Below are positions 39,682-48,904 of a DNA stretch of 64,000 nucleotides, piece by piece. A model generated the notes under the pieces. The model was given only the letters and a program-made list of their open reading frames with translations. It was not told where the DNA came from and searched no databases. Positions within the stretch are counted from its first letter, which is position 1. The number at the start of each line of letters is the position of its first letter. The position numbers were made by a program, and so were the translations under genes. The stretch is from an uncultured delta proteobacterium (GTDB taxonomy: Bacteria > Desulfobacterota > Binatia > Binatales > Binataceae): positions 3,392,001 through 3,456,000 of the forward strand of contig CAWEEQ010000004.1 of NCBI GenBank assembly GCA_963808235.1, read 5' to 3'.

Positions 39682-40701
39682 CTATTCGATCAGATTCAAC
39701 AGTTCGAGTTCGGTCTCCGCGGTTCGCCGTCCAATACTAGCCAGTTCGACGCTCTTTACGAACCCATCGATATGAGTGCGCGCCTGACTGATAGTAATTA
39801 TTCCCCAGCGCAGGTTGCCAAAGACTTCCCAGAACCGGGCTGCATCGGGATCGACCGACATCCCACTGGCTTTCTCGTAGGCGCGGAAAAAATCCTCGCG
39901 CGAAGAGAGCCCGCCGACCGGCTTTTCGTCATTGCCGAATCGCCACGCCCGCACGCACATCCATCCGACGTCTTCCATCGGATCTCCCAGATGGGCGAGC
40001 TCCCAATCCAGGATCGATCGCACGCCCTCCGGTCCGAAAATCACGTTGCCGATCCGGTAGTCGCCGTGGACCAGCGCGTTGCGCGGGGTTTTCGGAACGC
40101 GACTGAAAAGCCATCGGAAGGCCAGCTCGAAAGCGGGATGCGGTTCCAGCGCGAGGCGGCGGAAAGTCTCTTCATACCGCTTTACCTCGGCGAGCGCGGC
40201 GTCTGCGTCGGCTTTTGGAAGGAAGTCGAGTTTGTGTTTGACCGGATCTATTAGATGAATCTTCGCGAGAATTTCGGCGAGCTGCGAAGGCATCACTTCG
40301 CGCGCCTTTGCGTACCCGTCGTCGCGGAGCAGCCGGCGTGCGAGAGTCTCGCCGTCGATCCGTTGCATGATGAAGAACGCGGCGCCGAGCACGCTGGGAT
40401 CGTCTGACAGCCAGAAGACCTCGGGCACCGGCAGACCGTCTTCGAACGCGGCGCGGATTACGAGGAACTCGTTGCGGCGCGAAGTGGCGATGTTGTGCAC
40501 ACCCGGATCGCGGCGCAGCACCATCGCGCGCCGACTCACGGTCTTGCCATCGTCGAGAGCGCAGTCGAACGACCAAATCTCGCGCGACGCGCCGCCGGGC
40601 ATCTTGCGGAAATTCTCGATAGTTACGTTTCTGAATCGGCCCTCGGCGCGAATGAAGTCGGTCAGCCGCTTGACCATCTCGCCGGGTTCAATCTTCTCCA
40701 T
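39682..40701 (-). CDS. APH-family phosphotransferase (LvaA-like)
   Basis: GGASREIW, HGDYRIGN, DWELAHLGDP, ELASIGRR. Confidence 0.88.
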   Translation of the reverse strand: MEKIEPGEMVKRLTDFIRAEGRFRNVTIENFRKMPGGASREIWSFDCALDDGKTVSRRAMVLRRDPGVHNIATSRRNEFLVIRAAFEDGLPVPEVFWLSDDPSVLGAAFFIMQRIDGETLARRLLRDDGYAKAREVMPSQLAEILAKIHLIDPVKHKLDFLPKADADAALAEVKRYEETFRRLALEPHPAFELAFRWLFSRVPKTPRNALVHGDYRIGNVIFGPEGVRSILDWELAHLGDPMEDVGWMCVRAWRFGNDEKPVGGLSSREDFFRAYEKASGMSVDPDAARFWEVFGNLRWGIITISQARTHIDGFVKSVELASIGRRTAETELELLNLIE

Positions 40702-40738
40702 AGGAAACGTCTATCACGAAAATCGCATCGCCCGCATG

Positions 40739-41551
40739 TTACGCGCGTCGGCCAACCTTCTGCGCGATCCCGTCGCCGAGCAGGTTGAAACCGAGGATCG
40801 AAAACCCGATCGCGACTCCCGGTGCGGTCGTAAGATGAGGCGCGACCAGCAGGAACGCGCGACCCGCGTCAAGCATGTTGCCCCAGCTCGGAGTCGGCGG
40901 TATCGCGCCCAGGCCCAGAAATGAGAGCGCGGCTTCCGCGCCGATGATTCCGCCCACGCCGAAAGTAGCCTGGACCGCCAGCGGGCCGACAACTGCGGGC
41001 ATCAGATGGCGCATCAGGAGGCGCGACCGGGTGGCGCCGAGACTTTCGGCGGCGAGCACATATTCGCGCTCACGCAGCGTCAGCACTTCGCCGCGAACGA
41101 TACGCGCGTAGCCGGTCCATCCCATCGCGGTCAGCGCGATCGCGAGATCGACCAGGCCCGGTCCCAGGATCGCGGCGAGCGCGATCGCGAGCAGTATTCC
41201 TGGAAATGCGAGCACGATATCGACGCCGCGCATCACGAGATTATCGATTCGCCCGCCTGACAGCGCCGCCGCGCCGCCGATTGCGCTGCCGACCAGCATC
41301 GAGGCTGCGACCACCACGACAGAAATCGAGAGCGAGAGACGCGCTCCCCAGAGCACTCGCGCGAGCACGTCACGTCCGAGTGCATCGCAACCAAACGGAT
41401 GAGCGCGGCTCGGCGCAGCAAGAGTGTTCGCGAGATCGATCGCGAGCGGATCGGTGCGGAACAATATTGGACCGGCGATCGCGGCGAGCACCATCGCAAC
41501 GACGATCGAAATTCCGATCGACAGCGATGGGTTGCGACCGCGCCCGATCAC
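40739..41551 (-). CDS. Peptide ABC transporter permease (DppC/OppC-like)
   Basis: HPFGCDALGRD, EAALSFLGLG, PSWG; GTGA overlap with the upstream permease. Confidence 0.9.
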   Translation of the reverse strand: MIGRGRNPSLSIGISIVVAMVLAAIAGPILFRTDPLAIDLANTLAAPSRAHPFGCDALGRDVLARVLWGARLSLSISVVVVAASMLVGSAIGGAAALSGGRIDNLVMRGVDIVLAFPGILLAIALAAILGPGLVDLAIALTAMGWTGYARIVRGEVLTLREREYVLAAESLGATRSRLLMRHLMPAVVGPLAVQATFGVGGIIGAEAALSFLGLGAIPPTPSWGNMLDAGRAFLLVAPHLTTAPGVAIGFSILGFNLLGDGIAQKVGRRA

Positions 41552-42468
41552 GAGATCCTCACGCGCGGATCGATCGCCGCATAGACGAGGTCGGTAGCCA
41601 TGTTCACGACGACGTAAGTCATCGCGAAAGCAAGGACGCATCCCTCGACTAGGGGATAATCGCGCGCACCAATCGCCCCAATCATCAGGCGGCCCAGACC
41701 CGGCCACGAAAATATCATCTCGGTAATGAGCGTCCCGCTGAGCAGCGCACCCATCTGAAGTCCGATGATCGTAACGACCGAGGTGAGCGCGTTGCGCAGA
41801 CCATGGCGGACCAGCGCGGCGCGCTCGCTCAGGCCCTTGCTGCGGGCGGTGCGCATGTAATCGCTCTCACGCACGCGAATGAGGCTCTGGCGCAGCATCC
41901 GTGCGAGGATCGCGGCGAGCGCGGTGCCGAGCGTGACAGCCGGCAGGACAAGATGCGCGAAACCGCCGCGTCCGGTGAGCGGTAGCCAGCGGAGATCGAG
42001 CGAGAACAAAATCATCAGCAGAGGGCCAAGATAGATGTGCGGCACCGAGATGCCGACGATCGCGAAACCCATCGCGCCGAGATCGCAGGCGCCGCCCGGA
42101 TTGGAGCCCGCAATAATGCCGAGCGGAAACGCGATCAGTATCGCGACCAGCATTCCCGCCGCAGCAAGCTCGATCGTGGCGGGAAACCGCTCGACGATCA
42201 GTTGCGAAACGGGCCGGCGATAGGAGGTCGATTCGCCGAGGTCGCCGACCGTGAGCCCGCCGAGATACGACAGGTACTGGCTGAGAATCGGACGGTCGAG
42301 ACCCATCTGATGACGCATCGCGACAACGTCGGCGGGCGCCGCGCTCTCACCGAGCATCGCGACCACCGGATCCCCGGGGACGAGATGGATGATCGCAAAG
42401 GTCAGCGTCGCCACGCCGAGTGCGACCGGCACCAGCGCGAGCAGGCGACGAGCGAAGAACTCGATCAC
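41548..42468 (-). CDS. Peptide ABC transporter permease (DppB/OppB-like)
   Basis: PGDP, GLDRP, DYMRTARSKGL, FSWPGLG, RDYP, DPRVR. Confidence 0.9.
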   Translation of the reverse strand: MIEFFARRLLALVPVALGVATLTFAIIHLVPGDPVVAMLGESAAPADVVAMRHQMGLDRPILSQYLSYLGGLTVGDLGESTSYRRPVSQLIVERFPATIELAAAGMLVAILIAFPLGIIAGSNPGGACDLGAMGFAIVGISVPHIYLGPLLMILFSLDLRWLPLTGRGGFAHLVLPAVTLGTALAAILARMLRQSLIRVRESDYMRTARSKGLSERAALVRHGLRNALTSVVTIIGLQMGALLSGTLITEMIFSWPGLGRLMIGAIGARDYPLVEGCVLAFAMTYVVVNMATDLVYAAIDPRVRIS

Positions 42469-44027
42469 TGCGACTCCGCCATGCGCGGGGTCGTCAACGT
42501 GAGCGTCGCGAGGGAGCGGAGACTGCCGTTCGGATATGCGTCGAAGCCGACCAGGCGGCGGTTCATGACGGCGACGTTGTCCACCCACCAGAGTGAGACG
42601 TACGGCAAATCTTCGGCGGCGAGCTGCTGCACTTGTGCATAAATCTTCGCGCGCTCGGCGGGATCGAGCGTACGCATGCCGGCTTCGACCAATTGATCCA
42701 TCACGGGGTTCGAATAGAAGCCTCGATTCAATCCCGGCGGCGTCTTCTTCGAATCGAAAACCATGTAGTAATGATTCGGATCGTTGATTCCGACCCATTG
42801 GAGCGAAGTGAGATCGAAATTTCCCTTCTGAACATCGGCATAGTAGGTAGGGAAATCGAGTGCTCGAATAGTCAGTGCGATACCAACCTTGCGGAGCATC
42901 GCCTGAAACACCTCGCCATCGCGAGAGCCCTCAGGGGTCGTCTTGTATTCGAAGCTGAGCGCGCGCATCCCATCGGGACCCGCCGGATAGCCAGCCTGAT
43001 CGAGCAGTTGGCGCGCTTTTTCCGGATCATAGCTATAGCCAGTTACCGCGCCATAGTATGCCCAATTCTCCGGAGATAGTAGTCCAGTCGCGACGCGCGC
43101 AGTGCCTCGCAGCTTCGTACTGACTATTGTCGCGCTATCGATCGAATAGGCAATTGCGCGCCTCACGCGGAGGTCGCGCAGCCGGGGATCACGGAAGTTG
43201 AATGATACGTACCTGTAGGTGGTGCCCGGAGTTTTGCTGATCGCCAGGTCCTTGTGCGCCGCAAGCCACGGCAACACATCGTCCTCAATATTGTTGCCCG
43301 AGAAATCGCAAACGCCCTCTGCCAGTTCGAGTGCGCGCACGGTCGGGTCGGGCACGACCTTAAAGAGAATCGATCGAGGTACGCCTTCCGGATGTGGAAA
43401 ATATGGATTGCGGAGGAGAGTCGCAGACTCATCGCGGATGTAATCAATCATCTGAAACGGCCCGCTGCCCGGAGGCGCGGCGCTATCGCTCTTCGCCGGT
43501 AGCGGAGTGCCATAGGGTATTATCCCCAGCGTCGCCAACTCCAGCGCGGGCGCATAGGGATTCCCTGTCGTCATGACGATTGTGTAATCGTCGGGCGCCT
43601 CGATCGACTTCAATTCCTCGATACTGCCGCGCTTGGGCGAAAGCGATTCGGGCGCGAGAACCGAATCGTAAGTATATTTGACGTCGCGCGAGGTCAGTGC
43701 GCGACCGTCACCGAAGCGCACGCCGTGACGCAGATGAAAAACAATTTCGGTTTCAGATGGACGCTCGATACTCTCGGCCAGGTAGCCGGCGAATTGGCCG
43801 TTGCGATCGGCCTTCACCAGCGAGTCGAAGATCAGCTCGTTCACCCGCGACGAGGTGGCGTCGGTCGCAAAGCGCGGATCGGTTGACGGCGGCGAGTTTT
43901 CAATGTCGACTTGGATCGTTCCCGGCGCGCGAGGAGCGCGCGAGTCGTCGCATCCGGAAAGCGCGACGATTGAGACCGCCGCGATGACCGTTCCCAGCAA
44001 GCGCATCGGAGCAGTCTTTTTGCTCAT
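42465..44027 (-). CDS. Peptide/nickel ABC transporter substrate-binding lipoprotein (family 5)
   Basis: Lipobox LSGC; F.LRHGVRF, DVKYT, GSGPF, VRRAIAY; start approximate. Confidence 0.88.
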   Translation of the reverse strand: MSKKTAPMRLLGTVIAAVSIVALSGCDDSRAPRAPGTIQVDIENSPPSTDPRFATDATSSRVNELIFDSLVKADRNGQFAGYLAESIERPSETEIVFHLRHGVRFGDGRALTSRDVKYTYDSVLAPESLSPKRGSIEELKSIEAPDDYTIVMTTGNPYAPALELATLGIIPYGTPLPAKSDSAAPPGSGPFQMIDYIRDESATLLRNPYFPHPEGVPRSILFKVVPDPTVRALELAEGVCDFSGNNIEDDVLPWLAAHKDLAISKTPGTTYRYVSFNFRDPRLRDLRVRRAIAYSIDSATIVSTKLRGTARVATGLLSPENWAYYGAVTGYSYDPEKARQLLDQAGYPAGPDGMRALSFEYKTTPEGSRDGEVFQAMLRKVGIALTIRALDFPTYYADVQKGNFDLTSLQWVGINDPNHYYMVFDSKKTPPGLNRGFYSNPVMDQLVEAGMRTLDPAERAKIYAQVQQLAAEDLPYVSLWWVDNVAVMNRRLVGFDAYPNGSLRSLATLTLTTPRMAESQ

Positions 44028-44093
44028 CCGCACCATCGACTTCGCCGATACTAGCAGGATTTGCATCGTCCTTTCGCTCACTGCGAAGTCCAA

Positions 44094-44612
44094 ATGAATC
44101 AAGATTGGCGCACGAAAATCAGGCTCATCCAGGGCGATCTCACCGACGCCGATGCCGACGCGATCGTCAACGCTGCGAATAACGAACTGATCCTGGGCGG
44201 CGGCGTGGCCGGCGCGATTCGGCTCAAGGGCGGTCCGGCGATTCAGGAGGAATGCAACCGAATCGGCGCGATCGCGCTGGGCGAAGCGGCGATCACGAGT
44301 GCGGGGCGCCTTCGCTCGCGGCACGTGATTCATGCGGCGAGCATGCGGCTCGGCGAAGCGACCTCGGAGGAGAATTTGCGCGCGGCGACTCGAAACGCGC
44401 TGATGAGAGCGCGCGAAAATTCCCTCAAGTCGATTGCCTTCCCAGCCATCGGCACCGGCATCGCGGGTTTTCCGATCGAGCGATGCGCGCCGGTGATGCT
44501 GGAGGAAGTGCGCACGCATCTTGAGGGTCCGACCACGCTCAAGCGCGTAGATTTCGTGCTCTTCGATCGCCGCTCGCTGGAAGTATTTGAGCGGGCATTC
44601 GGCAAGATTTGA
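44094..44612 (+). CDS. Macro domain protein (O-acetyl-ADP-ribose deacetylase/YmdB-like)
   Basis: GDLT, AIVNAAN, GGGVAGAI, AFPAIGTGIAGFP. Confidence 0.92.
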   Translation: MNQDWRTKIRLIQGDLTDADADAIVNAANNELILGGGVAGAIRLKGGPAIQEECNRIGAIALGEAAITSAGRLRSRHVIHAASMRLGEATSEENLRAATRNALMRARENSLKSIAFPAIGTGIAGFPIERCAPVMLEEVRTHLEGPTTLKRVDFVLFDRRSLEVFERAFGKI

Positions 44613-44621
44613 GGATCACCA

Positions 44622-44672
44622 CGGCAATAAAATTGAAATGCTGCATTCATTGGAGTGTAATGCGCGAGTGAT
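44622..44672 (+). promoter_or_regulatory. Pho-box-like tandem heptamers with 11-bp period
   Basis: CGGCAAT, TTGAAAT, CATTCAT, GTGTAAT, GAGTGAT at 44622, 44633, 44644, 44655, 44666; each matches CTGTCAT at 4-5 of 7 positions. Confidence 0.4.
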
Positions 44673-44769
44673 TTGATGAATTCGGAAAAGCGCGCGATTA
44701 TTATGCGCGCGATGGTGGATGTGCGGTCGGATGGATGACAGCGAGCGGCAGGGACGTTACCTTCTATCC

Positions 44770-46284
44770 ATGCGGCTCGGCGCAATCGACGTAGGTTCCA
44801 ACTCCGTTCACATGATCGTGGCCGACGTCGGCCGCGACGGACATCTCGAAGTCGTTGACCGCGTGAAAGAAATGGTGCGGCTCGGCCGGCGCTCGTTCAC
44901 GACCGGCCGCCTGACCGCGGAATCGATGGATCTCGCCGTGCGCGCACTCACGAACTTCAAGCGCCTGGTCCGCGTGCGTCGCGTCGAGCGTTTGCGCGCA
45001 GTCGCCACCAGCGCGGTGCGCGAGGCGCGCAATCGCGCTGAGTTCATCCGCAGGATCAAGCGCGAAACCGGCATCACGGTGGAAGTGATATCGGGACTCG
45101 ACGAGGCGCGACTCATCTTCAAGGCCGCGCGTCATGCGCTCGGGCTCGACGGCGGACCTCATCTGCTGGTCGACGTCGGCGGCGGGAGCGTGGAACTGGT
45201 GCTGGTGCGCGACGGGCGCCCGCTCTGGATGCGCAGTGTGAAGCTCGGCGCGGCGCGTCTTGCCGAGCGTTTTCTGACCGACGATCCTCCGTCGCGCGCA
45301 GAGCTCGACCGGCTCGAGGCGCATCTCGAGCGCGCGATTGGTCCTCTGATGCGCCGCTCCCGGCGCGAGGGTGTGATCCGCGCGATTGGCACTTCGGGAA
45401 CGATCAATACACTGGTCGCGATGGCGCGATCGTCGCGCGGCGAAGAGCTCGGACGACTCCATGGCGCGACCGCATCGGCCGGCGAAATTTCCGATCTGAC
45501 TCGCGACCTGGTAGAGGCGAACGCCGCACTACGGGTCGACCTTCCCGGCATGGATGCCAAGCGCGCCGACCTGATGCCCGCTGCCGCGGTGCTGGTGAAT
45601 TTTATATTGAAGAAGTCCGGCGCGCCGGAGCTGGTCGCATGCACGTGGGCGCTGCGCGAGGGCGTATTGCTCGGGCTCGCGCACAAGATCGATGCGCACT
45701 CGGCTTCCGACGCGCGGCGCCGCTCGGTCGGCGCGTTGGCGGGGCGCTTTGCGGGCAGCAACGATCACGGTCTCCAGGTGGCGCGGCTTGCGCTGAAGCT
45801 GTTCGACGCGACCGCGCCGGTTTTGGGCCTGCCGAAGTCCTCGCGAGAACTGCTTGAATTCGCGGCCTTATTACATGATATAGGTCACGCGATTGATCAT
45901 GACCGGCACAATCGCCATTCTTACTACCTGATTAAGAACGCGGAGTTGTTCGGCTTCGAACCTGACGAAATCGAGGTCATCGCACAGGCTGCTCGCGGGC
46001 ATCGCAAGCAGGCCCCGAAACTCGATTCGCCCGATCTGAAACCGCTCAGTCCCGCCAAGCGCCGGGTGGTCAGGGGTCTCGCCGCGATTTTACGAGTCGC
46101 CGACGCGCTGGATCGAAGCCACTTCGGTGTGGTTAAAAATATTGAGGTCCGGTATTCTCCGGGCCGCATAATCGTCGGAGTCGATTCGAAGCGCGAGAAG
46201 GCCGACCTCGAACTATGGACATGCGAGAGAAGGACCGATCTCTTATCGAGGCTGCTCGACCGCCAGGTGGTTCTGCAACGCTAG
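44770..46284 (+). CDS. ppx: Ppx/GppA exopolyphosphatase with C-terminal HD domain
   Basis: AIDVGSNS, VATSAVREA, DVGGGSVE, ALREG, LLHDIG. Confidence 0.93.
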   Translation: MRLGAIDVGSNSVHMIVADVGRDGHLEVVDRVKEMVRLGRRSFTTGRLTAESMDLAVRALTNFKRLVRVRRVERLRAVATSAVREARNRAEFIRRIKRETGITVEVISGLDEARLIFKAARHALGLDGGPHLLVDVGGGSVELVLVRDGRPLWMRSVKLGAARLAERFLTDDPPSRAELDRLEAHLERAIGPLMRRSRREGVIRAIGTSGTINTLVAMARSSRGEELGRLHGATASAGEISDLTRDLVEANAALRVDLPGMDAKRADLMPAAAVLVNFILKKSGAPELVACTWALREGVLLGLAHKIDAHSASDARRRSVGALAGRFAGSNDHGLQVARLALKLFDATAPVLGLPKSSRELLEFAALLHDIGHAIDHDRHNRHSYYLIKNAELFGFEPDEIEVIAQAARGHRKQAPKLDSPDLKPLSPAKRRVVRGLAAILRVADALDRSHFGVVKNIEVRYSPGRIIVGVDSKREKADLELWTCERRTDLLSRLLDRQVVLQR

Positions 46285-47078
46285 AACTCGGCTCTGTCTC
46301 TCCAAACGGTCACGCCTCCCCGACAGAGGACCTCATCAAGCCGTCTGCGTCCAAGCCCGCCCCGAAGACGCTGCTCGAAACCCCGCATCCTTATCCCGGC
46401 CGCCTGATCGCGGTGGAGGGAATCGACGGCTCCGGCAAATCGACGCAGTTGCTGCTGCTTGAACGATGGATGCGCTCGCGCGGATACCCGGTGCATTTCA
46501 CCGAGTGGAATTCGTCGCGCCTGGTGCGGCATTCGATGCAGCGCGGCAAGAAAAAGAATCTGCTGACGCCGACCACGTTCTCGCTCCTGCATGCGGTTGA
46601 TTTCGCCGATCGGCTCACCTATCAGATCCTGCCGCCGCTGAAAGCTGGCATGATCGTGCTCGCCGATCGCTACGTGTACACCGCATTCGCGCGCGATGTG
46701 GCGCGCGGAGTTCATCCCGAATGGGTGCGCGCCGTCTATAGTCCCTCGCTGCGCCCCGATCTGACCCTCTACTTCCGCGTGCCGATCGACATTTCGCTCG
46801 AGCGCCTGCTCTCGGGCCGCGCCAAGCTGAAGTACCACGAAGCCGGAATGGACGTCGGTCTGTCGGCAGATCCGGTCGAGAGTTTCCGGATGTTTCAGAG
46901 CCGGGTGCTCGAGATCTACGATCAACTCACCGTGGAATTCGGGATGCGCCCGATCGACGCGGCCGCCGAGATCCCCGATCAGCAGAAGGTGGTGCGGAGC
47001 ATGGTCCAGGAAATTCTCCGCGACTACGATCGCAAAAGAGCGAATGGAAAAAATGGCATCACGTCACATCCGCGCTAA
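46215..47078 (+). CDS. Thymidylate-kinase-like protein A (intact P-loop); true start uncertain, probably after 46284
   Basis: EGIDGSGKST, DRY; non-canonical TEWN and TAFARD motifs. Confidence 0.85.
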   Translation: MDMREKDRSLIEAARPPGGSATLELGSVSPNGHASPTEDLIKPSASKPAPKTLLETPHPYPGRLIAVEGIDGSGKSTQLLLLERWMRSRGYPVHFTEWNSSRLVRHSMQRGKKKNLLTPTTFSLLHAVDFADRLTYQILPPLKAGMIVLADRYVYTAFARDVARGVHPEWVRAVYSPSLRPDLTLYFRVPIDISLERLLSGRAKLKYHEAGMDVGLSADPVESFRMFQSRVLEIYDQLTVEFGMRPIDAAAEIPDQQKVVRSMVQEILRDYDRKRANGKNGITSHPR

Positions 47079-47811
47079 AAACTGGTACGGACATGGGCTG
47101 CCGTATCTCGCGAAGAAGCGCCTCCCGGGTCACTTGATCGCGATCGAAGGCACCGACGGCGTCGGCCGCTCTGCGCAGATTCAGCTGCTCCGCCCGTGGC
47201 TCGAACTCGAAGGCTATGCGGTCAGCAACACCGGATGGACGCGCTCGCCGCTGCTCTCCGACACCATCAATGAGGCCAAGGCCGGGCATCAACTGACCGT
47301 CACGACGTTCTCGCTGCTCTACGCCGCCGACTTCGCCGATCGGCTCGAGCACGAGATCCTGCCCGCCCTGCAAGCCGGGTTTATCGTGATCGCCGACCGG
47401 TATATGTACACCGCGTTCGCACGTAACAGCGTGATGGGCGCTGATCCGGATTGGACCCGCGAGTTATTCGGGATGGCGCTGGTGCCTGACCTCGTCTTCT
47501 ACCTCGATATCGACGTCGAGACACTCATTCCCCGCGTCATCATGGGCAAGGGAATGGACTACTGGGAATCGGGGATGCATCTCGCGCTCGGCACCGATCT
47601 GTTTGATTCGTTCGAGCGCTACCAGAGCCGGCTGATCGATGAATACCGGCGGCTCTCAGATGAATTCGGCTTCGTCTCGATCGACGCGCGCCGTCCAATA
47701 GAAGAGGTCCAGGCCGAGCTCCGCGAGCACATCGCGCAATACCTGTCTGGCGCGGCGGCGAAATCGCGCCCTGACCCGGGCGATACCAGCGCGCCGGTGC
47801 GCAAGGAATAG
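47044..47811 (+). CDS. Thymidylate-kinase-like protein B (variant P-loop)
   Basis: EGTDGVGRSAQ, DRYMYTAFARN; paralog of the upstream gene. Confidence 0.85.
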   Translation: MEKMASRHIRAKNWYGHGLPYLAKKRLPGHLIAIEGTDGVGRSAQIQLLRPWLELEGYAVSNTGWTRSPLLSDTINEAKAGHQLTVTTFSLLYAADFADRLEHEILPALQAGFIVIADRYMYTAFARNSVMGADPDWTRELFGMALVPDLVFYLDIDVETLIPRVIMGKGMDYWESGMHLALGTDLFDSFERYQSRLIDEYRRLSDEFGFVSIDARRPIEEVQAELREHIAQYLSGAAAKSRPDPGDTSAPVRKE

Positions 47812-47814
47812 TCA

Positions 47815-48891
47815 GTGGCAGAGCCATCGCCAGCCAATGCGCCGGTGCGCAGGGTGACGCTTTATCCCGGCGAGACCGTCGCCGATGCGGCCCGCAAGGC
47901 AATCGCATTCGGCGTCGAGTCGATGAGCCTCAACCAGGCCGCGGCCGAGAGCGGCGACGCCGAGCCACTGCATCAGCTTCGGGTCGCATCGCGGCGGCTG
48001 CGCGCATCGATCGAGCTGTTCTCCACAGTCATCTACGCGGGCCAGCTGAAAATCTACCGCCGCGACATTCCATGGATTCAGGGACAGGCGGGCGCGCCGC
48101 GCGAATGCGACGTGACCTCTGCGCTGCTCAAAGATCGCGCCGCGAAGATCGATCCGCAGCTTAGAGAATCGATCGCACCGCTGCTCGAAGCGCTCGACGC
48201 GCGTCGCAAATCCGAGCATGCGGTCCTTTATGAATCGCTCGCCTCGAAACGCTTTCACAGCCTCATCGCTAAGATGTCGCGGCCCGCGATCAAAAAAGTT
48301 GCCGGCTCGCGAACGCTGGGCGCCGCGGCGGCCCAACTGATTCGCACCATCGCGCGCAGTGCGATGCGTTTCGGCGCTACCCTCGACAACCAGGCGCCCG
48401 CCACCGCTTTTCACAAGCTCCGGGTACGAATCAAGCGTCTGCGCTATGCGCTCGAGATACTCAAGCCGCTCGGCGGCAAGCGGCACAAGAGAACTCTCGC
48501 CCGGCTCGAGGAATTGCAGGAAAGGCTCGGGCTGTATCACGACGTTGTGGTCGCGTCGGCGTGGCTGCGCCAATATGCGGAAACGTCCGGCGCACCGCCC
48601 AAAACGATTCTCGCCGCCGGCGCGCTGATTCAATCGCTCGCCAGCCGGGAAGCCAGGCTTCGCCGTCGATGTATCAAGGCATGGCGCCGATTCGAGCGCT
48701 CCGAGGCGATGCGCGACACGCTCGAAGAGATTCGCCGCGCGGGCAGACTCGCGCTGGTGCCGGTCATGTCGCCCGATCCAAATCAGGATCCCGGCGATGC
48801 GCACGACGCGGAGTCCGCACCTCACGAACTCAACGGCGAAACCACACGCAATTCAAATGGCTCGCACTCCGCGACGGACATCACCGCATGA
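47815..48891 (+). CDS. CHAD domain protein (polyphosphate-binding)
   Basis: LHQLRVASRRLR, FHKLRVRIKRLRYALE, LQERLGLYHD. Confidence 0.9.
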   Translation: MAEPSPANAPVRRVTLYPGETVADAARKAIAFGVESMSLNQAAAESGDAEPLHQLRVASRRLRASIELFSTVIYAGQLKIYRRDIPWIQGQAGAPRECDVTSALLKDRAAKIDPQLRESIAPLLEALDARRKSEHAVLYESLASKRFHSLIAKMSRPAIKKVAGSRTLGAAAAQLIRTIARSAMRFGATLDNQAPATAFHKLRVRIKRLRYALEILKPLGGKRHKRTLARLEELQERLGLYHDVVVASAWLRQYAETSGAPPKTILAAGALIQSLASREARLRRRCIKAWRRFERSEAMRDTLEEIRRAGRLALVPVMSPDPNQDPGDAHDAESAPHELNGETTRNSNGSHSATDITA

Positions 48892-48904
48892 TTCGTAAAC
48901 CCTC

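Noticed and set aside
44028-44519. Long N-terminal extension of the ABC substrate-binding ORF (684 aa)
   Set aside because: It overlaps the macro-domain gene on the opposite strand; the lipoprotein signal places the real start near 44027.
46215-47811. Ordinary housekeeping thymidylate kinase duplication
   Set aside because: The canonical dTMP-binding motifs are altered, there is no holB/tatD context, and the neighbours are polyP genes. Not excluded without a genome-wide check.
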